The position numbers and the translations under genes are program-made. From contig NC_091288.1 of assembly GCF_032444005.1 (NCBI RefSeq), positions 211,854,001-211,918,000 of the forward strand: DNA of 64,000 nt, written 5' to 3'. Numbering within the stretch: position 1 is the first letter of the stretch; every line of letters starts with the position of its first letter. A model generated the notes under the pieces. It saw only the letters and a list, made by a program, of their open reading frames with translations, did no database searches and had not been told where the DNA came from. Below are positions 51,373-64,000 of this stretch, piece after piece. Source of the DNA: Ranitomeya imitator. Its lineage: Eukaryota.

Positions 51373-52108
51373 GGGTACCGTCACACTAAGCGACGCTGCA
51401 GCGATGCCGACAACGATGTCGATCGCTGCAGCGTCGCTGTTAGGTCGCTGGAGAGCTGTCACACACACAGCTCTCCAGCGACCAACGATCCCGAGGTCCC
51501 CGGTAACCAGGGTAAACATCGGGTTACTAAGCGCAGGGCCGCGCTTAGTAACCCGATGTTTACCCTGGTTACCAGCGTAAACGTTAAAAAAACAAACACT
51601 ACATACTTACCTTCCACTGTCTGTCCTCCGGCGCTCTGCTTTCCTCTGCACTGTCAGCGCCGGCCAGCCGGAAAGCAGAGCGGTGACGTCACCGCTGTGC
51701 TTTCCGGCTGGCCGGCGCTGACACAGGATGCAGGAGGAGTGCAGAGAAGCAGAGCGCCGAGGACAGACAGCTGAAGGTAAGTATGTAGTGTTTGTTTTTT
51801 TAACGTTTACGCTGGTAACCAGGGTAAACATCAGGTTACTAAGCGCAGCCCTGCGCTTAGTAACCCGATGTTTACCCTGGTTACCAGTGAAGACATCGCT
51901 GAATCGGCGTCACACACGCCGATCCAGCGATGTAAGCGGGAGATCCAGCGACGAAATAAAGTTTCAAACGATCTGCTACGACGTACGATTCTCAGCGGGG
52001 TCCCTGATCGCAGGAGCGTGACAGACACAGCGAGATCGTAAGGATATCGCTGGAACGTCACGGATCGTGCCGTCCTAGCGATCAAAGTGCCACTGTGTGA
52101 CGGTACCC
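51373..52108. mobile_element. Harbinger-like palindromic MITE
   Basis: TIR GGGTACCGTCACAC / GTGTGACGGTACCC; right flank TAA; internal inverted sub-repeats such as GGTTACTAAGCGCAGGGCCGCGCTTAGTAACC. Confidence 0.85.
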
Positions 52109-52290
52109 TAAATGATCAAAGGATACATGCGAATTAACAATTAAATAAATGAATGAGACAACTGGCTGCAGCAGGAGCCTTCCCCCCTCTGCCTTAACTG
52201 TAATATTATCAAAGACTGTTAAAATTTCTCTATGTTTTTTATTCAAAATAGGGTAAACGAAGATTAATAGAGAAAGTACGGGAATATATA

Positions 52291-53246
52291 TGTCACGCCC
52301 GCACATACTTACCCGGCTTCTCCCATCCCTCGGCGCGCTCACGATCCTGTCCCGCGCCGCTCTGCCTCCTCCTTCGCCGGCTCTCGGCGTCTGGTCTCTT
52401 CGCGCATGCGCGGTCGCGTCTCCCCCGTCGCTGAGCCTTCTGGGAGGTCGCGACCCGGTGGCTCCGCCCCAACATGGCGGCGCCCATCGGGTATTTCTTC
52501 CCGGCGTCTTCCTTGGTAAGACGCCTTTGCTTTGTAGGTGCACTGTCTGCCGTCAGTGTCCCTATGCCCTAGGCTCCCCTGTACCAGTGTCTTTTCTCAG
52601 CCCAGTCCTTGCTTTGTCTCGGTATCCTGCCAGTCCATGTTCCTGTTGTATCCTGCCAGTCCGTGTTCCTGCTGTATCCTGCCAGTCCGTGTTCCTGCTG
52701 TATCCTCCCAGTCCGTGTTCCTGCTGTATTCTGCCAGTCCGTGTTCCTGCTGTGTCCTGCCTGTCCGTGTTCCTGCTGTATCCTGCCAGTCCGTGTTCCT
52801 GCTGTATTCTGCCAGTCCGTGTTCCTGCTGTATCCTGCCAGCCCGTGTTCCTGCTGTATCCTGCCTGTCCGTGTTCCTGCTGTATCCCGCCAGTCCGTGT
52901 TCCTGCTGTATCCCGCCAGTCCGTGTTCCTGCTGTATCCCGCCAGCCCGTGTTCCTGTTGTATCCTGCCGGTCCGTGTTCCTGCTGAGTCCTGCCGTTCC
53001 GTGTTCCAGACATTCTTTCAGTTAAGTCTTGTTTTCCTATTATTCTCTGCCATCCTTATAGCCTGTGGTTTCCTTCTTTATTTTTGGTCGTCCCTTTGGC
53101 TCTAGCTGTTGTGTCTCCATTCCCCCGAGGTCCTGCTCCTAACACTCCCTGTATAGGGGGTGATTCCATCTGGTCCGCTCGACCCTGGGGGCTCTAGAGT
53201 CACGACCCAGAGGGTCCACTCTCGGATTTTTGTCCGAATACTTACA
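52291..53246. mobile_element. Solo LTR with internal 26-bp tandem array
   Basis: TGTCACG...CTTACA termini; 5-bp TSD ATATA (52286-52290 / 53247-53251); 26-bp unit CCAGTCCGTGTTCCTGCTGTATCCTG at ~52622-53008. Confidence 0.75.
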
Positions 53247-54119
53247 ATATACATATATAGTTCTTTATTTTTTTCTCAACTTTCAGCATTCCTTTAACAC
53301 AAAAATGGCGCCACTTTCACTCAATAAAGTACAATTAGTAGATGTCATCCAGACCCACACAGAAGACTAAGTAAATGGACTTTGGAGACTTGACACTAAG
53401 CAACGACGCATTTCATTCCGAGGTTAATGGGCAGAGAATATCTTGGGTTCAAAGTTAAACCTTCACGTATGAATGTATGTCATCGCTCCACCCTGTTAAT
53501 CAGATGGCGTCTTGGTAATCGAGGCTGTAGTGAATGGGGGCACCGAAGGTCCAGGTAAGAAAAGGGTTAAAGAAGGCGAATATAAGGCAGGGAGTGACAG
53601 ATAATGGATGATGATTGAACGGATTATATGTCATCTAAAAAGATTAACTGATTCATCAACATAATGAATTCTGCCCAATATGGAGCTTTACTTAAAGGGG
53701 AAATCCACTCTTACAAAATTTGGCTTTTTGGACTGAGCACTTTAATATTGTAAGATCTTATCATTTGGCTCCTGTGAGATCAGGGGCCCCAGTTATAACT
53801 TAGATGAGTGTCGTCCTTGTCTCTCTATAGAGCCGAATGTACGGGAATAACACTATATAACCAATCAACACAGATGTGGCCCCTGAGATCCCCTTTATGC
53901 TGGTGAATTTGAAAGGTGATTTCTACGGAGCGTCCTTCTCCTTTAACACTTCATTCTCCAGATCACTGCATTAGATAAATTGGCACCGGGGAGAGGGGAG
54001 AGACGCAGGAGCTACTCTATACAGAGTACGGAGAGGTTGTAATTTATTTATGCATTTATATATTGCTTTATATGTTCATTAGTTAATTAATGAATTAATT
54101 AATTCATTGTTTCATCTAT

Positions 54120-54437
54120 NNNNNNNNNNNNNNNNNNNNNNNNNNNNNNNNNNNNNNNNNNNNNNNNNNNNNNNNNNNNNNNNNNNNNNNNNNNNNNNNN
54201 NNNNNNNNNNNNNNNNNNNNNNNNNNNNNNNNNNNNNNNNNNNNNNNNNNNNNNNNNNNNNNNNNNNNNNNNNNNNNNNNNNNNNNNNNNNNNNNNNNNN
54301 NNNNNNNNNNNNNNNNNNNNNNNNNNNNNNNNNNNNNNNNNNNNNNNNNNNNNNNNNNNNNNNNNNNNNNNNNNNNNNNNNNNNNNNNNNNNNNNNNNNN
54401 NNNNNNNNNNNNNNNNNNNNNNNNNNNNNNNNNNNNN
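54120..54437. other. Assembly gap (318 N)
   Basis: Run of N. Confidence 1.
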
Positions 54438-56054
54438 ACACCGTCGCAGCTACAGCCACAACATTTTGCAGTCACACGTCTGGACCCCGAGAGCGTCATA
54501 GGCTATGTTGTGAGGCAAAATTTTAACCCCGCGCTTCCCAATTCACCAAACAATTTTGCCCCTATCTACATAATGGGGAAAAAGTGAAAGGAAAAGTGTT
54601 GGAGGTAAATTGACAGCTGCCAGACGTGAGCAAGGGGGACTTAAAGAGTGAGAGCGATGGCGCCAAAGAGTATATACCGTACAGCTGCTAAGGTGGGGCC
54701 CCGACATGGGATACTCACCACACACGAGGATATGGACACACACACGCAAAATGCGCCACACACTACCACGTTCTTGAACACATATACCACCCTCAGGACA
54801 CATTTCACCACACATACACCAACCTCGCCACGTAAAAGTCGAAACACAAAAGTCGCCGCTCAAAACTCGCCACATGTAAAACTAGGCTCACGCAAAACTC
54901 GCCACACGTGCAAAACTCACCTCATGGAAGACTCACCACACGCAAAACTTGCACACGCGGAAAAATTGCCACATGCACAAAAGTTGCAACACATGCAAAA
55001 GTTGCCTCACACAAAACTTGCACATACTCAAAACGTACCACAAATGTACCATATAGGAAATACGGCAGCTGTCAGTCACATGATCTGTGTATTATGTGTA
55101 TGTGTGAGCTAATATATACTGCCAGGGGGGAGGGCTTCCTGTTGGCTGGGGATTTATCAGGCTGCCAATTTAGCTTACAAATACTGAGGTAAAAATACTG
55201 AGCAAATAACGTGTGAACGAGGTCTAATACAGGAGGAGATGACACACAGATATATACTATATACAGGAGGAGATGACACACAGGTATATACTATACAGTA
55301 TACAGGAGGAGATGACTTACAGGTATATACTATATGCAGGAGGAGATGACATATAGGTATATACTACATACAGGAGGAGATGACACAGGTATATACTATA
55401 TACAGGAGGAGATGACACAGGTATATACTATATAAAAGTAGAGATGACACATAAGTATATACAGGAGGAGATGACATACAGCAGGTATATACTATATACA
55501 GGGGAGATGACATACAGGCATATACTCTATACAGGAGATGACATACAGGTATATACTATATATAGGAGGAGATGACATACAGGTATATTCTATATACAAA
55601 AGAGATGACATACAGGTATATACTATATACAGGAGATGACACATAGGTATATACAATATACAGGAGGAGATGACATACAGTAGGTATATACTTTTTACAG
55701 GGGAGATGACATACAGGTATATACTCTATACAGGAGATGACATACAGGTGTATACTATACTGTATATAAGGGAATGACAAACATGAGAGGTGTGAGGTGA
55801 AAATGAGAGGTGTGAAGTGAAAATGAGAGGAGTGAGGGAAAATAGTGAAGTGATCAGAAAATGACAGATGTGAGGTCGAAATGACAAGTGTTAGGGGGGA
55901 ATGAGAGGAGTGAGGGGGAAAAAGAGGAGTGAGGGGGAAAATGACAGGTGTGAGGGAGAAAATGAGAGGCGTGATGGGAAAATGAGAGAAGTGAGGTGCT
56001 ATAACTAGCCACAGATATTTACTATGCCCAGGCAACGCCGGGCTCTTCAGCTAG
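54438..56054 (+). mobile_element. Non-autonomous Helitron-like element (3' part) with internal minisatellites
   Basis: 3' hairpin GCCCAGGC-AAC-GCCGGGC (56026-56043), then CTAG (56051-56054), then T. Internal ~34-bp repeat ACAGGAGGAGATGACACACAGGTATATACTATAT at ~55225-55765. 5' end lost in the gap. Confidence 0.65.
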
Positions 56055-57349
56055 TTTATTCATAAATATGCACATGCATTGACTCTCATCAATCCATATG
56101 CTTCTGATTATTTTATGTATTCGTTTCCCTTTGATCCCAATTGATTGATACATTAATTCCTTCATTCAATCATCAAGAAATTTCTTCCAACGTTAATCAA
56201 TTAATTAATCATTTATTCATTTTTTAAGAATTTCTTCTTGTGCTCTTTCTCATTTATTCAATCACTGATCTATTCATTGTTTTCTTTCATTCCATTCCAG
56301 TTTTCTTTTATTTTTTTCTTTTTAAATCATTCAGTTTTTCATTGATTTTCTTTAATTCACACATTCTCTCGTTCATTCATTTATGGTTTCATCCATTCAC
56401 TTATTCATTTTTTTATCATTAAGTTACCATTTAATCCATTCATTCACATTTTTCTATCCATATATCTACCGTATTTCTTTATTTATTAATTCGTTTATGC
56501 TCTCATTTTATCCTTATATATTCATTAATTGTTTTCATTCATTATTTATTGAATTAATCAATACCTTTTTCATCTATTTATTAAAGAATTTGTATATACA
56601 TTTATTCCCATTCATCTATGTTCATTAATTCATTTCTTTTTTTTATTTAATTCACTAATTTTAATTAAATTCTGCATGTTATTATACTCTCAATTCATTC
56701 ATTCATTCATTTCTGACAACAAATTAGATCAGATTCCAGATGTCCTCTCAGTGTACAATACTATAGAAAAAAAATGTATTCTTGCTCTTAAAGACCTTAC
56801 CATTCTCTTGTGGTACCGCTTGTCATTCATTATCTTTTAAATAATTAGTTAATTCATTCATTCATTAAATTAGCCTTCAATTCATATTCATTCATACTGG
56901 ACTGTCGGGTACAGAAGACAGAATGTTAAATGTTAAAATGCGGTGACTGGGTTCCATAGTTAACACAAGGGTGCAGGAAGGTAAGTTCTTGAATATATAC
57001 TCACGTTAATCCATTAATCGTTCATTCATTTATTCATTTCCCAACTCTAACAAGGATAAATTTTCATAAAGAGACTTCATGTATAAAAAAAAATGGCCAT
57101 GGCAAAAGTGAAGCTTCTCAAGTGATCACATGCAAAACGTTCCTTGGGCAAATAAGACAAGTAGTCAATCATTGATTCATTCCCGGAAAGTATTGTATAC
57201 TGGAGATACTCAAATTTTCGTTTTGTTCCGTAACATCTCATTTCATTAAGATCCTTCAACATTTTCTAAGTTTTACCCTGTATATTTGGAGCAGAACTCG
57301 ATCAGGATCAGGACCGGCAGCACAATGATCTCAGAGTGAACTGACCACC

Positions 57350-60300
57350 ATGCGTTACCCATTGATTCCAGTACTTCTCCTTGCCGTATTACTTCTAAGC
57401 TTTGGTTGGTACCAGGGCAATTTCCAGGTGAGACTTGTCCACACACCTTGAACTTTTTGACTCATTCGTCTTTCTATAGTAACTTCTTCACGAGCCACAA
57501 AATCCAATTTTATTTCTTTGTGCGATGCAAATTTTCTGAATTTCAGAATCTTTTGAGGCATTTTCTTCATACCTGCCTTGCACCCAACACCAACCTGTTG
57601 CTGAATGAGTCGACCCTTCCACCGAAAACTGAGCTCCAAGTTGAAGTAGACGCCATATTTGACAATATAGAGAAACTGATCCCCAATGTGTCATTTACTT
57701 TCTTTAACCAAACCACAAATGGAAAGAACAGTAAGATTTCCATTGTCAATCCTCGGGAGACGTACTGTGTGGGAGACGACTTTGTTGTCCAGGTTGATAT
57801 GTTTGATCACTTGGGCAACAGAAAGACGTATGGCGGAGACTTCTTAAGACCAAGACTAGTTTCTGCAGCTCTTGGAGCTTCTGTTTCAGGAACTGTGGAG
57901 GACTTAAAAAATGGGTCCTATCACGTTCACTTTCCATTTTACTGGGCCGGCAAAGTCAATGTCAACATCCTGTTGTTCTACCCAAGTGAAGGAGTGGCCG
58001 CTCTCTGGAGGTCAAGACATTCCAGTCAAGGAGTTATTGGCTTTGAAGGGAAATATGAAAAGTTTGGTGCAGAAGCCATAACAAAATGTGCGTTTAGGCT
58101 CTCAGAGGAAGATGGGAAGGAGATCTGCGAATACAAGGACCCTCTATACGAGGAGGTCTTCCACTGCTACAAAGTTCCCAATTTTACTTGTGAAAGTCTG
58201 AACGAAATGAGAGGCTATGATCTTCAGATGTCATATCTTACCCCGGTGGAACAACAAATATTTCAGAGGTACGATTTTCATCATGGTTTTAACATTTCCT
58301 TAAAAAGTAGCCATCATTTTAATTATTATTTCAAAAATTGGTAGTACGGATGAAAATAAGCAATTTTCTAATGTATCCTATCAGAAGAATCTGCTTCCTT
58401 CTCCTCCCGGATTGATCTTTCCCTCCCAATTCAAGGGTAGAAGGTGACACTTGGTGCTTATAGGTCTGCACTAGAGGTGTATGCATAAAATGAAATGAAG
58501 TGGAATCCGCTGGGTTAGAAAACTTACTTTCAAATCCTATGTTAAGAGAGTCCCGATGCAACACTCTAACTTTAGGATAGAGTGCTGAATGAGAGTAGAG
58601 TAAAGTAGAGAGTGGCTATAATGCACGTCTCTCACTCTAGAGGTTCCGGCACATCCAAGTAGAGGACAATTATAAAGAGTCTAACTTGCTCTGGAGCACC
58701 CATCCAGTCCTGCATTACACAGGCAGGTCATTGATTTTAATGTACACAGTGTAATACCTCATTTCACCTGTAGGGGCACTGCAGGAAAACTAAACACTTG
58801 CCACCTGGTTGCTCTATAGATCACTGTGATCGTTGCAGACAAAAAACATGCTTTCCAAATTGTTTAAATATTCCATATTTTTATAGACTAAAAATGTAAT
58901 CATTATTATTTTTTTTTATCATTCCTGTTTTAAAGGTCAAATATCGGTGTGCAACTCCCACAAATTTCACCTATCATGGTGGCCCAATGCAATAGTAAGT
59001 TTTAAGAGAATATTATTTTTATTTCTAATTTTTTTTTTTTTATTGTTTCAATAAAGTCCGCTTCGTCAATGTTTTCAGAAATACGCTGAGCTGCAATACC
59101 AGACGCAGTCTATGGACAAGAGGGGGCGCTGTTATTTATTAATTTTTTAAAAGTAAACCCATTTTTTAAAATCCTTTACACCAATATAAGTTACTTTTTT
59201 TTGTGTGTTACTTATCTCATACTGAACGTATGTTATGAATTTTGAGTGAAGGTTTGGATGTGACTGGAGTAGAAGACATGATGTGATTGCGCGGGAGCGA
59301 AATAATTGATTAAAATTAAAAAAAAAAATCTATATAATTTCTTGGATCTTTTCCAGCCACTTTTAATGACCCAAAGCCAAAGTGCCAGCCAGGAATGAGC
59401 TCCCCTGTCCCGAGCGGATACTACTACAATCAGATATGGAGTCCGCTTTACTGTAACATGACGGTTTACACGACGGCGGAGAACTTTACTAATTGTCTGC
59501 AGGGGAAGAAACTCTTTCTCATCGGAGACTCCACGTTACGTCAGTTCATCATGCACTTCACCGAGGGGATCAAGAGTAAGGATTACACCAGTTTTTTGTA
59601 TTTTTGTGTTGTTTTTATCCATTGACAGCAAGAAATGAAATTAGAACACAAAGGGCAGTTTTATTATTCCTCTCCGATCTTTTTATCTAACTTTACGTCA
59701 ACAGTTGACCTACTTTTCATTTCTGGAGAGCTTGCCTCGATATATATGCATCAGGAGCTCACTGCTCCCCTGCCTCCCGGGTTCCTGCTGGCCATGGGCA
59801 GGTGCGCTCTTGATGATTGACAGTTCGGACCAGCGGTATAACTGTGCTCCTGCAGTGAACATCAATGTTCTTAGCAGAAACAGCTTTGACTTTACAGGAA
59901 GGGAGGAGCACGGGAGCCCTAAGGATCCAGCAAAATGGGGAGCTTCAGAAAAGCGCCTGCAAGCTCCAACAAGAGCTTGTAAGTGCTGTGCTTCTTACCT
60001 AGAAGACTGGCCACCACTTATAGACTGCAGAGGTGGCCGATAACTTTGCTAAGGAGCAGTAAATGATAGAATTAAAAATACCCTCTGTTCTTGAAAATGG
60101 AGAGCATTTTCAATTGGAGGTAAATTGCAAAGTTGCTTATTTTTTTCCCAGCACTTTGCAATTTAAGCAAAGCCCCTCTAATATTGTTATTTCCATAAAT
60201 CGCTCTCGTTTTCTCTAAGTCACGCCTCCTCTAGGAATGAGCCACAAAACAGTGTCTAAAACATGTAATAAATACATAAAACTGCAAAGTTATGAGCCAA

Positions 60301-61281
60301 AATGCACCAAAATTTGCCTAATTTTTCACATATATCTAGGCACAAACAAAGTAAATAAAAAATCTCCTCCAAATTAGTTTTCTCATGATGAAAGCCCATC
60401 TTTAAAAGCAATGGGTTCAGGTCTTAGAATCCCCCAAGGATGTCCCATTCAGCCACACATTTCCCATCCAATGGCTCCAAATGCTGAGGAAATGTGGAAC
60501 TACATTGTGGCTTTAAGATGACTGACCAAGCTTGTAGTACATGGATGGACTGGAACCATCAGAGAAGGACAGTCTAACTTAGAGGTCCTCTCTTGTTCAT
60601 TGAGGGGGTTCTGGGGGACAGCCCTCCTTCTACGATGGCCTTATGTCCTAACTGGATTTGTAGACAGTGGTTGTCTTCATTAATATTATACTATTGTATG
60701 ATCATCTTCCCTTACTGATATATTTGTTTCCTTTAGTTGTGAAATATTTCCGATACCATTATAAAGGATGGGCAGGTTGGTCTTGGACGCTGGAAGCCAT
60801 GAACATGGAAAAGGATATATATGTTTCCTATAAGAGACATGGCTTCCCACTGGAACACTCTGCCTTCTACTACGTCAAGGAGGACCTCTACACCAGTCGT
60901 CAAATTGACCAGCGCGGCGGGGGGAAAGACACCATTTTTATAATCACGATGGGACAACATTTTAGACAGTTCCCTCTGAAAATTTTCATTCAGCGAGCCA
61001 TCAACATCCGCAAAGCTCTTGAGCGTCTGTTCCTCAGGAGTCCCGCCACTAAGGTCATCATAAAAACTGAAAATACAAGAGAGACCTTTGCCCCGGCGGA
61101 AAGGCGAGGAGACTTCCATGGTTACACTCAGTATCTGGTCCTCAAGGAGGTTTTTCAGGGGATCAATGTTGGTTTTGTGGATGCGTGGGACATGACAGTG
61201 GCATCGGCTACAGCATCTGTGCATCCTCCTGGGTATACTTTTGCAAATATATTGAGCCTGTCATTCACCTTTGCCTGTTAA
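57350..61281 (+). CDS. NXPE: NXPE-family gene copy D, intact, 540 aa
   Basis: Exons 57350-57427, 57547-58268, 58936-58994, 59357-59575 and 60737-61281, all GT-AG with phases 0,2,1,1; total 1623 nt; same motifs as copy B. Confidence 0.92.
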
Positions 61282-62983
61282 TGAAACAAAATAGGAAATT
61301 ACAATTTTTTTTAGCAAGTTATTTGGACCACAAGGGTGTTTTTAGATCATGGGAACGGTAATGCTCTTCTGTCAGGAAAAGTCTTGGAACAATGTTTATG
61401 TCCCAGTCTATAGAAGTCTTCTTGAACCAGATTGTCTTTTTTGCATTACATAAATTTTGGGGGGCAAGTTATATGGACCAAGAGGGTATTTTAGATTAGG
61501 GGAAGGTCCTATGGACTAAGGCATTTCTGTTCCATCAGGTTCAGTCTGTTGGGCAGCATCTACAGAGGGCTTCTTGGACCAGATTGGCTTTCTTGGTGAT
61601 TGAAGGCCACTTACAGTAGGCCAGAACTGTTGGACTAGGGTGTGAATCATAAATATGGGAAGTTTTTTTGGCCAAAATAGATTCTAGGATTCGGGAAGAT
61701 CATTTGAACCAGGAGAGGTCTCCTATGCTAATTAAAGCTTCATAGATTTAAATACGATCAGAAAGGTTTTTGGCCTTCAGGTTTTACTCCAAAGATTACT
61801 TTGACAGAAGGGTATCTTTTCAAACAGGCTTCCTGGATCACGGTAGTTATTTTGGATTAGGGAAGACCTCATAGACCAAGGAATGTCTCCTAGAGGCGGG
61901 AAAGCTTTATAGACCTAAATATGACCAGAATATGTTTTCTGGATTACCAAATATTACTTTGATCAAGGAGTTTCATTTAGATGAGGGAAGGCTTCTTGGA
62001 TCGCAGAAGTTTTTTTGGATTGGAGAAGACCGCATGGACCAGCGAATGTTTCCTACACTAGGGACGGCATAGAAAAGTAGGAGTCATGGATTAGTGAAAG
62101 CCATTTAGACTTGAGGAAGACTGAACCGTATGATGTCTCTGGACCATAGGATTTCTCCTATACTCGGTAAGATGTTTTGGACTAGGGAATGTCTTCTAGA
62201 CTAATTTTATGGAAATTCTCTTTAACAAGGTGGTAGGATGTTGTGAGCCTGAGATGATGATGTCTTGAACCATGGACAGAAAAGTGCCTTCAAAATATGT
62301 CTCTTGAACCAGTTTTGGAGACCTCCTAGATTACAGTAGAGAACAATTCTAGCTCAATTAATAGAGGGAAGGTTAATTTGTATAATATTATAATTTGTTC
62401 ACTTATTAAATAATTTATTTGTATATTATTATGAATTTAGTGTCAATAAACCAGTGATTTTATGTATTTTTTATCCAATAAAGTTGAGTGGAATATGATA
62501 CATTCTCCAGACTTTCTGCTGGTTATCAGATAGATCCCAGTAATCAGTCAACGCATTTCCCTTGACCCCATATATTATGCTCCAAACCTTTCTAAATCAG
62601 CCCTTAAATTATTTCTTATTTTCTTTAATATTATTTTATAGTGCAGCATAGGGCTGTGGACATAAGGAATTAATACTTATTACGGACTGTTGCACCAAAA
62701 TTGATGTTTTACTGGTATGAAAATTAGGTCCAGAAGTCCATTGGTTAGTCCTATCAGTGCACTTGCAGTCTTTGGCTCCACCTCAATTCTCCCTCCTAGT
62801 GCCGCCCCTGCTTTTTGATTGACAATAAGAAGAAAGGTGACATTGTGCAGCAGAGATTATATCTCTGTACTCAATGAAAAGTGGTGGTGGTACCGGTGGA
62901 GAGAAAAAAAGAGGACCCATAGACTACAAGTGCACTGTTACACCAACTGGTGCACTTGCGGACCTAATTTGCATATAGTTTAA

Positions 62984-63525
62984 AGGGAACCTGTCACCAG
63001 TTTTTCCCATATACAGTAAGGCCACCAACATTAGGGTCTTTTTTACAGCATCCTGGTAGGCTGTAGCAATGTCCCCAATCCCCTACACAATAATTAAACA
63101 GCTTTAATTATACTCACCTGCGGCGCAGTCCAGTCTAATGGGCGTCTGTGGTCTTGCTCCGGCGCCACGTTTTTTCTTAGTCCTCCTTTCCTGCTTAGTT
63201 TGGATGATGCATCCTACTTCATGCACATTTTCCCCATTGCAATCCAGCGCAGGCGAACTTCTCTCTGCCCTTCCCACAAAGCAAAGTGCTAAAGTACGCT
63301 TGCTCAGGGAAAGGCCAAAGAACACTGATGACCTGACCTGGAAGTAAAGCCATTGTATGGGCACTACAGTATTTTGCTCTGCCCTCCGCAGGCAGAGAGA
63401 AGAGCGCCTGTGCAGGAGCGCACTGGGGACACTGTGTGGATGATGTAGGACATGTCTTCCACACAATGCATAGAAGAAAGACTGCAATTGTGAGAAAAGA
63501 GGAGGTGCCGAATCAAGGTGCCGCC
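62984..63525. mobile_element. Kolobok/T2-type MITE, left part
   Basis: TTAA|AGGGAACCTGTCACC at 62980-62998 (same TIR class as 15560 and 30964); internal inverted segment. Confidence 0.65.
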
Positions 63526-63789
63526 AGGCCTCGACCAATCAGCAACGGGCACAGCGACGATGATGTCATAAAGGACGTAGACATCTCACGTTTCTGATTC
63601 AGCGACGGGCACAGTATCGACGTAGATGTCATAATGGTTGCCGTGGCGACGATGATGTCATAAAGGTTGCCTCGACCAATCAGCGACGGGCACAGTCTGC
63701 CGCGAATTCTGGAATCATCATTGTCCATATACTACGGGGACATGCATATTCTAGAATACCCGATGCGTTAGAATCGGGCCACAATCTAG
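63525..63789 (+). mobile_element. Helitron-like 3' terminal fragment
   Basis: Hairpin CCCGAT-GCGTTAGA-ATCGGG (63759-63778), 7 nt, CTAG (63786-63789), T. Confidence 0.6.
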
Positions 63790-64000
63790 TCTATAATAAA
63801 TCATGGTCAAAAGAAGAACAACTGCCAGCTCACTGAGGGATCAAATTCTTCTGCTAGGTGTATAGAGAGTGGGAAAGGAGAAACAGAGTGAGAGGGAGAT
63901 GGAGACACACCTAGACCCTGCTGTTGCTTTCTAATAAGTGTTTTATATCACTCTAGTGATGGGTTCACAGATACACTGCTAAGTACTGTTGTATAATGTC

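Noticed and set aside
52290-53105. 271-aa Cys/Pro-rich ORF
   Set aside because: Translation of the 26-bp tandem array in a solo LTR.
54107-54526. ORFs spanning the N run
   Set aside because: Artefacts of the assembly gap.
57406-58344. 312-aa single-exon reading of NXPE copy D
   Set aside because: The ORF reads through intron 1 and past the exon 2 donor; the spliced model matches copy B phases.

Overview
Repeat-rich vertebrate genomic DNA; the repeat families suggest a frog (inference). The genic content is a + strand tandem cluster of four NXPE-family (PC-esterase domain) units. Two are intact 5-coding-exon genes (38579-43883, 544 aa; 57350-61281, 540 aa) and two are 5'-deleted pseudogenes (~18188-20317; ~46813-47120). 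A probable signal-peptide first exon with a GC-rich promoter lies on the - strand at 997-1069. Two young Ty3/Gypsy chromoviruses are present. One (11348-17885, +) sits in a 44-bp satellite and is broken by an 819-bp palindromic TTAA MITE; the other (25225-30918, -) has an uninterrupted gag-pol-chromodomain ORF. Both have 6-bp target duplications and a 9-nt self-priming signature whose sequences covary between the two elements. Also present: a decayed Tc1, a hAT transposase split by nested insertions, Penelope-like fragments with a minimal hammerhead ribozyme, Helitron 3' ends, solo LTRs, MITEs, minisatellites and one assembly gap. No searches were run; family assignments come from motif recognition by eye.
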